Below, one piece after another: positions 8,121-15,704 of a DNA stretch of 32,000 bases. Every line of letters starts with the position of its first letter. Position 1 is the first letter of the stretch. The notes beneath the pieces were generated by a model, which saw only the letters and a program-made list of their open reading frames with translations, did no database searches and was not told where the DNA came from. The position numbers and the translations under genes are program-made. The DNA lies in contig JBHLKY010000030.1 in the NCBI GenBank assembly GCA_048886185.1, positions 9,139-41,138 of the forward strand. The letters are read 5' to 3'. Origin of the DNA: Candidatus Hermodarchaeota archaeon. Its GTDB lineage: Archaea > Asgardarchaeota > Heimdallarchaeia > Hodarchaeales > Hodarchaeaceae.

Positions 8121-9727
8121 CTAAATGGATGACTATCAACGGAAAACGTGTAGTGTTCGAGGAAGGAGAAACAGTACTCGAAGTTGCAACAAAAGCAGGG
8201 ATATATATCCCCACTCTCTGTGCGAGACCTGATCTTCCTTCAATAGGTGCATGTCGCCTATGTATTGTAGAAGTCGAAGCTGGTCGGGGATTTTCCAATT
8301 CTTGTACTTTACCAGCAAGAGAAGGAATGATTGTCAGAACAGAAACACCTAATATCAGAGCGATAAGACGAAACATTTTCCAATTAATTCTTTCGGAACA
8401 TCCTAGCTCTTGTATTGTATGTAATAATCAGGAGGAGTGTGAGGAAGTCCGTCATGGAGAGTACAAGGCGGGTCGAGTGATTGGTTGTTACACATGCAGT
8501 AATAAGGATCGATGTGAAATCAGAGAGCTGGCCGAATACTTACGAATAAAAGAAATCCGATTTCCAAAGTTGTATAAGAATTTGCCATTAGAACGGGAAG
8601 ATCCATTTCTTGTTCGAGATTATAATCTCTGTATTCTCTGTGCTCGATGTATTAGAGCGTGTCAGAATGTTTTGGGGCATAGTGCTATCACACTCACTAA
8701 ACGAGGTCATGATACAAAAGTAGGAACATTACTAGAAATCCCTCATCTTGAAAGTGGATGTGTATTTTGTGGGCATTGTATAGATGTTTGTCCGACAGGA
8801 GCATTAACTGCTCGAGGATCTAAGTGGTTTGGTACTCCTGATAAGTCAATAGAAACAACATGCGTTTTATGTTCACATAATTGTCAAATGGTCATCGATA
8901 TAAAATGGGATAAAGTTGTAAATGTTCATCCACCTTATGAGATGTCAGCTCGTCGTGAATATTGTGTTAAGGGCCGTTTTTGCATTCCCGCACTAATTAA
9001 CGGCCGAGATCGTCTTCAATATCCAATGATTAAGCGTACAATCATTAAAGAGGAACTCTTTCCTGCATCTTGGGAAGAAGCCATTAATTATGCTGCAGAG
9101 AATTTGAAAAAGTTTAAACCTGAAGAGATAGGTATTTTTATTTCTCCATTTTTAACAGATGAGGCTGTATTCATACTTAACAAGTTCGCTCTACAAGTAA
9201 GCGAGAATAATATTGCTTATGACGACAAAGCACTCCAAGATTTAGCAGCTCAAGGAATCAAATTATTATATGCAACACAAAGATCCAAAGAACTTCTTAA
9301 AATGAAGGATCTAGAATTCTTAATTCTTCAAGATATTTATTATTCTAACTATTGTGAAATAGCAGGGGTTATTTTTCCAATGACAGCTTTTACTGAAGAG
9401 GAAGGCACAAAAACAGGAGATGAATTCATGAGAAATCCAGTTAGACAGGCAGCTGAACCAGTTGGGCTTGCTCTTCCTAGTTGGGATATTACCAATCGTT
9501 TGGCAAAGGCTATGAACTTAGAAGGATTCTCATATAGCTCACTGAACGATGTTCAGGATGATATTGTGAAAGAAGATCCTATTGAAATCCCATTGGTTCC
9601 AAAATCTTCCCTTGAATACTTAGGAATTCCTTTTGTTGAGAAAGTAAAAGATTTTCAAACTTTTTTTAATGCTAAACGACTAATCCATAAAACAAAAGGC
9701 AAAGGTGAGTTCATTGTCAATTTATAA
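8117..9727 (+). CDS. NuoG/FdhA-like Fe-S subunit with truncated molybdopterin domain and no catalytic site
   Basis: PTLC..GACRLCIVEV..SC [2Fe-2S]; HPSSCIVC; CILCARCIRAC; CVFCGHCIDVCPTGAL; TTCVLCSHNC..CVKGRF. Only remnants of the Mo-bisPGD fold follow (ASWEEAI, LILQDIY, VIFPMTAFTEEEGT). No H-cluster motifs. ATGA overlap with the upstream gene. Confidence 0.85.
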   Translation: MTKWMTINGKRVVFEEGETVLEVATKAGIYIPTLCARPDLPSIGACRLCIVEVEAGRGFSNSCTLPAREGMIVRTETPNIRAIRRNIFQLILSEHPSSCIVCNNQEECEEVRHGEYKAGRVIGCYTCSNKDRCEIRELAEYLRIKEIRFPKLYKNLPLEREDPFLVRDYNLCILCARCIRACQNVLGHSAITLTKRGHDTKVGTLLEIPHLESGCVFCGHCIDVCPTGALTARGSKWFGTPDKSIETTCVLCSHNCQMVIDIKWDKVVNVHPPYEMSARREYCVKGRFCIPALINGRDRLQYPMIKRTIIKEELFPASWEEAINYAAENLKKFKPEEIGIFISPFLTDEAVFILNKFALQVSENNIAYDDKALQDLAAQGIKLLYATQRSKELLKMKDLEFLILQDIYYSNYCEIAGVIFPMTAFTEEEGTKTGDEFMRNPVRQAAEPVGLALPSWDITNRLAKAMNLEGFSYSSLNDVQDDIVKEDPIEIPLVPKSSLEYLGIPFVEKVKDFQTFFNAKRLIHKTKGKGEFIVNL

Positions 9728-10601
9728 TATCGTTAAAAAATATGAATGTGTTCCAAACATCCATAAGTTAATCATCTCAGTACCAGAAATAGCTAAAAAG
9801 GCCCAACCAGGGCAATTCGTACTCGTAATGGTAGATGAGAAATCTGAGAGAATTCCATTAACAATTGCTGATTGGGATGTGACTACAGGAACTATTACAT
9901 TATTTGTTCAAGAAGTTGGATTGTCTACAACAAAATTTGCTTTTATGGAAGAAGGAGATTCATTTTTTAGTATTGTGGGCCCCTTAGGAAAACCTGCCTA
10001 CCTGGATAAATTTGGAACTGTAGTATTGGGAGGTGGTTGTTTTGGGATTGGAGCTATCTATTCAATAGCTAAAAAGCTCAAGAAATTGGAAAATTACGTT
10101 ATCACTATAATTGAGGCAAGAAATGACTGGCTTTTGTATTTTGAGGATGAATTTCAATCTATAAGTGATGAAGTTATCGTGACAACTAGTGATGGGTCAA
10201 AAGGATCAAAAGGGTATATCTATGATGTTCTTGACAATATGATTACAGAAGGACGGGAAATTGATCATATAAAAGTTATTGGATGTAATGTCATGATGAG
10301 TAAGGTTTCAGCCCTCACTAAAGAAAAAGGTTCCATTCCAACCTATGCAACTGTCTCAGCAATTATGGTGGATGGTACTGGGATGTGTGGAGCTTGTCGT
10401 TTGACATATGATGGAAAAACAAAATTTGCATGCGTGGATGGCCCAGAGTTCAATGCACACAAAATTGATTGGGAGGAACTAATACAAATCCGAAATACAA
10501 CTTATATTCAGGAGGAAACCCTTGCTTTCCAAACTCATTCCCCACAATGTCTATCTCTAAAGAGATTTGCAGAAATAAAAGATGAAGAGGAATTATTTTG
10601 A
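9705..10601 (+). CDS. nfnA: Nfn small subunit (NfnA/SudB, PyrK-like FAD/[2Fe-2S] protein)
   Basis: AQPGQFV, ERIPLTIAD, GPLGKP, MVDGTGMCGACR, CVDGPEF. The true start may be TTG 9714, with GGTGA 5' of it. Confidence 0.93.
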   Translation: MSSLSIYNIVKKYECVPNIHKLIISVPEIAKKAQPGQFVLVMVDEKSERIPLTIADWDVTTGTITLFVQEVGLSTTKFAFMEEGDSFFSIVGPLGKPAYLDKFGTVVLGGGCFGIGAIYSIAKKLKKLENYVITIIEARNDWLLYFEDEFQSISDEVIVTTSDGSKGSKGYIYDVLDNMITEGREIDHIKVIGCNVMMSKVSALTKEKGSIPTYATVSAIMVDGTGMCGACRLTYDGKTKFACVDGPEFNAHKIDWEELIQIRNTTYIQEETLAFQTHSPQCLSLKRFAEIKDEEELF

Positions 10602-12331
10602 AGGCAAAGGAAAGAATGCAAATTTCTAGGGTGTCTATGCCAAGTCAACCTCCAGAGGTACGTGTTAAGAACTTCCGTGAGGTTCCTTATGGTTACACAG
10701 AAGAAATGGCTGTAGAAGAAGCCAACCGTTGTCTTGGATGTAAAACACCAAAATGTATCGAGGGGTGTCCTGTTCGTGTACCAATTCCAGAGTTTATCAC
10801 ATTAATACAAGAAAGAAAGTTTGCAGAAGCAGCATGGAAAATTAAAGAAACAAATGTCCTCCCAGCAATATGTGGACGTGTATGTCCTCAAGAGGCACAA
10901 TGTGAGGGAAAGTGTGTTCGTACGAAAAAGGGCGAATCTGTTGCTGTTGGTAACCTTGAACGATTTGTTGCTGATTATGAACGGTTAAAAGATATTGTTC
11001 CTAAAATAAATATCGTGCAAAAAAATGGGAAAAAAGTGGCAGTTATAGGGAGTGGTCCCTCGGGGTTGACTGTTGCAGGAGATTTAATAAAATTAGGATA
11101 TGAGGTAATCATTTTTGAAGCGTTTCACCTTGGTGGTGGCGTTCTTGTTTATGGAATTCCGGAATTTCGTTTACCTAAAGCAGTTGTGGAATATGAGATA
11201 CAGAATCTTAGCAAACTAGGAGTACAAATCTCTTATAATCATGTAGTTGGCCGTATTAAAACCATTGGGGAACTATTTGCTAATGATGATTTTGATGCTG
11301 TTTATATTGGTGTTGGAGCTGGTTTACCAGTTTTTATGAATATTCCAGGGGAAAACCTTATTGGGGTCTATTCTGCCAATGAATATCTTACACGCTCAAA
11401 TTTAATGAAATCATATCTTTTCCCCGAGTATAATACTCCTTTAGTAAGTGGAAAAGATGTTGTGGTCGTGGGTGGAGGGAATACTGCAATGGATGCTTCT
11501 AGAACCGCTATACGATTAGGGGCAGCTAATGTTTACCTTGTCTATCGTCGCTCAAGAGAACAGATGCCTGCGCGAACATTGGAGGTACATCACGCTGAAG
11601 AAGAGGGAATTCAATTCAAACTTTTATCTAATCCTGTTGAGATCATTGGTGACGAAAAAGGTCGAGTTAAAGCAGTTACTTGTCAAAGATATCGTCTTGG
11701 AGAACCAGATAAATCTGGAAGAGCTCGTCCTATACCAATAGAAGGTGAGTTCTTTGAGCTAAAAACTGATTTAGTCATTATAGCTGTCGGAACGGGGGCG
11801 AATCCTCTAATCACAGCCACAACACCAGATCTAGAAACTAATAAGTGGGGGTATCTCGTAGCAGACGAGATGGGCCGTACTAGTAAACCATTTGTATATG
11901 CAGGTGGCGACATTGTTACAGGAACAGCAACTGTAATTTCAGCAATGGGGGCGGGTCGTCGAGCAGCTCAAGCAATACATGAGGATCTCTTTCCAGTGGT
12001 CAAGGAAGAACCCGAAAGAATTCGAATAGTTTCCGAGATTATACAAGTAAAAGAAGCCATAATACATCCTGAATCTACAACAATGAAAATTATATTAGCC
12101 AATACATCAGGAAGAGATCTCAAGAATCTAAAAATTGTTGTTTCACATCTCTTTGATTTGTTTGAAGAACCCTTATTTAATACATCTGTCTCAAGCTGGC
12201 CATCAAATGAAGAGCTGGAACTTGATTGTCCCCGAATTCATAAAAATGAAAAAGAATATCTTTTATCCATAAGAGATTTAGACAGAAAATTGTTATCAAA
12301 GCGACTTGTTGCTGAAGAACTAATGAAGTAA
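10598..12331 (+). CDS. nfnB: Nfn large subunit (NfnB/SudA, GltD-like) with an extra ~110 aa C-terminal domain
   Basis: CLGCKTPKCIEGCPV, CGRVCPQEAQCEGKC, GSGPSGL, YGIPEFRLP, GGGNTAMD, YRRS, YAGGDIVTG. The core ends near AAQAIHEDL (~11990) and is followed by the extension. TTGA overlap with nfnA. Confidence 0.93.
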   Translation: MKAKERMQISRVSMPSQPPEVRVKNFREVPYGYTEEMAVEEANRCLGCKTPKCIEGCPVRVPIPEFITLIQERKFAEAAWKIKETNVLPAICGRVCPQEAQCEGKCVRTKKGESVAVGNLERFVADYERLKDIVPKINIVQKNGKKVAVIGSGPSGLTVAGDLIKLGYEVIIFEAFHLGGGVLVYGIPEFRLPKAVVEYEIQNLSKLGVQISYNHVVGRIKTIGELFANDDFDAVYIGVGAGLPVFMNIPGENLIGVYSANEYLTRSNLMKSYLFPEYNTPLVSGKDVVVVGGGNTAMDASRTAIRLGAANVYLVYRRSREQMPARTLEVHHAEEEGIQFKLLSNPVEIIGDEKGRVKAVTCQRYRLGEPDKSGRARPIPIEGEFFELKTDLVIIAVGTGANPLITATTPDLETNKWGYLVADEMGRTSKPFVYAGGDIVTGTATVISAMGAGRRAAQAIHEDLFPVVKEEPERIRIVSEIIQVKEAIIHPESTTMKIILANTSGRDLKNLKIVVSHLFDLFEEPLFNTSVSSWPSNEELELDCPRIHKNEKEYLLSIRDLDRKLLSKRLVAEELMK

Positions 12332-12454
12332 GTAATACAAGTTGGTTATTAGTGGTTATAAGGGAAACTGTTTAGAGACAACCGATGACTTTAATTTATT
12401 TTGATCTTTTTTGCCACTTATAGATAGAATGTTTGAATCATTTATTTTAGTTAC

Positions 12455-12874
12455 TTAATCTTCTTTTGATTTTAGTGAGAGGGATTCTAAGGAGTTGAAA
12501 GCGGCTAAAATATCGTAGGATGTTATTATCCCTACCAAATTATTGCTAACGGGATTTATTACAGGAATTCTTTTTATTCTATATTTAGACATTAGCTTTA
12601 ACGCGTCTTTAACGGTTTCTTCTGAAGAAATTGTAATAAGGTTTTTTGTTGCAATGTCCCCTGCTTTGACTGTACAAGGATCATTACAATTTAGCACAAC
12701 TCTTGCGATAATATTTTGTTTTGTTATTATTCCAAGATTTTTTTGATCTTTATAAACCAACACTGAACCTACTTTTTTTTCGACCATTAATTGAGCTACC
12801 TTCTCAACACTTTCATTGGGATTAACAGCTACAATCTCTTTCGTCATAAAATCTTTTACTTTAGTTCTATTCAC
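12455..12874 (-). CDS. Stand-alone CBS-pair protein
   Basis: VKDFMTKEIVAVNP..SVEKVAQLM..VGSVLV..GIIT and AGDIATKNLITI..ALKLM..IKRIPVI..GIITSYDI. GTG start 11 nt after the upstream stop. Confidence 0.92.
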   Translation of the reverse strand: MNRTKVKDFMTKEIVAVNPNESVEKVAQLMVEKKVGSVLVYKDQKNLGIITKQNIIARVVLNCNDPCTVKAGDIATKNLITISSEETVKDALKLMSKYRIKRIPVINPVSNNLVGIITSYDILAAFNSLESLSLKSKED

Positions 12875-12885
12875 GACATAACTTC

Positions 12886-13914
12886 CTATCCTTGAATTCT
12901 TTTTAGCATTATTGTTTCATTTTCGTCTTCAATTTTAAGGAAATAGATCATACCAGTTCCTTCAGAGGGTTCAAATTCAAAGGAAATGATTTCTTTTGGG
13001 GCCCATTTTCTTATTTCTGAAATAAGGACATCTTTTCCGAAAAATCCATGTGATTCATATATTTTGAGAAGAACATTTTCTAAAATGGTTGAACTAATGT
13101 TACGAACTGTGATACGAATGATTTTTTTGTCTTTAGGGGATTCAACTTGAATAATTTTTACACGTTTTGGTTCTGGTTTTAAGATTTCCTCTTTTTTACT
13201 ATCTGAAATCTCCTGTTGTTTTATTGTAGGTATTAAAAATCTTAATTTTTCTGGCCTTTTAGGTACTGAAGGGATACTAGGTTTCTGAAATTGATAGCTT
13301 TCTGAATTTGGTTTTTGCTCCAGTTCATTTTCTTTTAATTGTGCTTTAAGCTTTGTAATGGGGATTTTCGGAATTAAAGAATGATATTTACTCTCAAGGA
13401 GTTCTCTGATGTGTTTAGACCTTTCTATGACTTCTGGCTCTTTACTTTCCTCAAGTATATCTTCAATGAGGAAACGCAATCTTAAACTGACGTGATAATT
13501 TTCGAGGGTTATTTTAAATTGGTACAATATTTCCTGAGCGATAAAAGAAACCGATGAAGGGGCCTTGACGATCAAAATAAATCTATCAAGTTGCCATTTG
13601 GCAGATTCCATTCCTGAGCGTCTTTTAATTCTACGTGTTTCACAAAAAGATATTGTAGCACAGTAAATAACATCTCCTATCTCAAGATCGATGCTGGTAA
13701 ACTTATCTGTATCTAGGAATTTTTCCTGGTGCCACCATACTGGATGAATGGATAATATTTGTTTTTCATTTTCATCGGTCAATAATTCTTCTGGATATCC
13801 AAATAGTGGGACATGGCCTCTAATTTCGTCAAAAAAATAGAGAAAGAATCCATACGAATTGTCGCTGGCTAAAGAAACAATATTTTTTGTTGAGGGGATA
13901 TCCCCGTTACTCAT
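12886..13914 (-). CDS. Longin/uDENN-like protein 1 with C-terminal shared domain
   Basis: N-terminal GFFLYFFDEIRGHVPLFGYP fits the uDENN/longin start pattern (FDxxxG..YP). A Pro/Lys/Glu-rich linker precedes a C-terminal beta-rich domain. Paralogous to 14394..15341. Confidence 0.7.
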   Translation of the reverse strand: MSNGDIPSTKNIVSLASDNSYGFFLYFFDEIRGHVPLFGYPEELLTDENEKQILSIHPVWWHQEKFLDTDKFTSIDLEIGDVIYCATISFCETRRIKRRSGMESAKWQLDRFILIVKAPSSVSFIAQEILYQFKITLENYHVSLRLRFLIEDILEESKEPEVIERSKHIRELLESKYHSLIPKIPITKLKAQLKENELEQKPNSESYQFQKPSIPSVPKRPEKLRFLIPTIKQQEISDSKKEEILKPEPKRVKIIQVESPKDKKIIRITVRNISSTILENVLLKIYESHGFFGKDVLISEIRKWAPKEIISFEFEPSEGTGMIYFLKIEDENETIMLKRIQG

Positions 13915-13947
13915 GACTACGCCTTTCTCCTTTATTCTAAAATCTAA

Positions 13948-14151
13948 TCAATCTAAGCTGATTTTAAAGGATTTCTCTCTATTTATCACATTTACACAAA
14001 ATTTCGATTTTAATCTTTTTTGTTTTTCATGAGAGATTATGGAGAAATCATCCGACAATAATATGGGAGTTAATGAAAAAGGGATCTGATGACAATAATC
14101 AGGTAAGATTGACAATAAAAGCTCTTTTATTTGCTTATTGTCTAAAATCAA
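13948..14151 (-). CDS. Possible small hypothetical protein (67 aa)
   Basis: ORF on the same strand between the two longin-like genes, ending 33 nt before the next start. No motif and no convincing SD. Confidence 0.3.
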   Translation of the reverse strand: MILDNKQIKELLLSILPDYCHQIPFSLTPILLSDDFSIISHEKQKRLKSKFCVNVINREKSFKISLD

Positions 14152-14393
14152 CCCCTTTTTTAATCCTTTTCTACATAAAAGGCATATAATGATTTAATAG
14201 TCTTCTATAATGCTAGAGAAATATTTTTCATTTCTTCAGAGTAAAATTACGACAAAAAGGGGTAACCTCTTTACTCTATTAAACGTTTTTTCAAACAATT
14301 TCTAGTATCATATCTTGATCATTAAAGGAACTTCAAACAATGCAAAGAATATAAATTTCTAAAGATGATTTTATCATTGGAGATATACTTAAA

Positions 14394-15341
14394 TTAACTA
14401 GCATTAGTAGAAGCAATCTCAAGGGACTTTATGTCTATTGTTGTATTTCTACTAGTAATCTTTATCAAATACTTCCCAATTACGTCAGATTTGGAAAATT
14501 CTAGGATTATATCTTCTTTTAAAGGCCATTCTTCAAGTTTATGCTCCCAAATAGTTTCACTAAAAAACTCTGTTCTTCTTGACACATGAATCCTTATATC
14601 ATATAAATTTTCACTCTGATTAATTAATACTACCATTAATCTATTCTTATTTTCCTCTGTTGGTAAGACTCTCATGGTTATTTTTTGCTTAAACAAATCC
14701 TGAGCACAAAGACTTGTCTCTACTGGAATCATGGAGGAATTGACTCGACTTGGTATTATCTCTGTGCTAAAAGGCTCTATATTTTTATTAATTCCATAAA
14801 CAAATTTTTTCCAAATATTTTTAAGGGACAATTCGATTTCTACGGCTTTTTTTAGTAATTCATCGTGTTCTCGTTTTTTGATCGGATTTAATGCCAATTT
14901 TTCTCGTTGATATAATATCTCAAGATCTGAACCAATATCCGAATTTATTGTTGTTTTTAAATCAACAAATGCTTTAACGGGTATAGGATCACTATCTTTC
15001 CATTTTTTGATGACGATTCCATAGAGAGGGTGATCAATTGTTGACAACGATCCCTCTTGGGAATCTTCTTGAAGCTGAATAGCTGAGTAAACAAATTCTG
15101 AAAATTTTAAATCAATTCGAAAAGGAACATTTTCAATTTTCCACACACAATGAGTTTTTAGAATATTAATTTCATTTTGATTTTTTTTCAATTTTGATGG
15201 GTATGAAAAGAGGATACGAAGGCCATGAGTAGTATCAAAAGAACACAAAAAAAATCCTATTAGGCCAACTTTTGAGTCAAAAGTTTGCTTATCGGTTGCA
15301 GGTTCAATATCAGTATCAAATACGGGATCGATATTCATCAT
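14394..15341 (-). CDS. Longin/uDENN-like protein 2 with C-terminal shared domain
   Basis: GFFLCSFDTTHGLRILFSYP..NE..IL..H.VW..IDL..Y.A aligns with protein 1, and the C-terminal domain is also homologous. AGGAG upstream of the ATG. Confidence 0.7.
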   Translation of the reverse strand: MMNIDPVFDTDIEPATDKQTFDSKVGLIGFFLCSFDTTHGLRILFSYPSKLKKNQNEINILKTHCVWKIENVPFRIDLKFSEFVYSAIQLQEDSQEGSLSTIDHPLYGIVIKKWKDSDPIPVKAFVDLKTTINSDIGSDLEILYQREKLALNPIKKREHDELLKKAVEIELSLKNIWKKFVYGINKNIEPFSTEIIPSRVNSSMIPVETSLCAQDLFKQKITMRVLPTEENKNRLMVVLINQSENLYDIRIHVSRRTEFFSETIWEHKLEEWPLKEDIILEFSKSDVIGKYLIKITSRNTTIDIKSLEIASTNAS

Positions 15342-15704
15342 TTCTCCTTATGTTTCTAATTTATTGAAAAGAAATAATCCTTTTGAAATAGTTTACTCTC
15401 GTAAGTGTTAAACCTTTTCCACTTCAAAAGTTTTATTAAATAGTTTAAAAGCATGTTTAATAACGTAACAAGATTTTTAGTGACCATCTGATATTTTTAA
15501 TGTGGTTTTACAGCTCAACTATAGAAAAATCTATTTAATTATCGATAAAAACCTACTATTGTAGCATAGTAACACTATTTTTCCCCAAAACTACTACAGA
15601 AAATCCATTATCCTATGAAACAAAATTTTTTAGTATATTCTCATTTACTCACATCAGTAGAAACAATTCATCAAATAACTTTGGAACGTTTGGAGAAGAA
15701 CATT

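Noticed and set aside
8117-9727. Calling this gene an [FeFe]-hydrogenase HydA, an active formate dehydrogenase, or a selenoprotein
   Set aside because: No H-cluster motifs, no catalytic Cys/Sec-His segment, and no in-frame TGA.
5797-9727. Calling the nuoE/F/G-like genes respiratory complex I
   Set aside because: No membrane or NuoBCD/HI subunits are nearby, the NuoF-like subunit has the long soluble architecture, and the operon continues into nfnAB.
14257-14273. Imperfect palindrome around GGTAACC between the longin-like genes
   Set aside because: Short, single copy, and expected by chance.
15615-15704. 30-aa N-terminal extension of the TrxR-NfnA fusion
   Set aside because: GGAG precedes TTG 15705, directly before the Rossmann strand.
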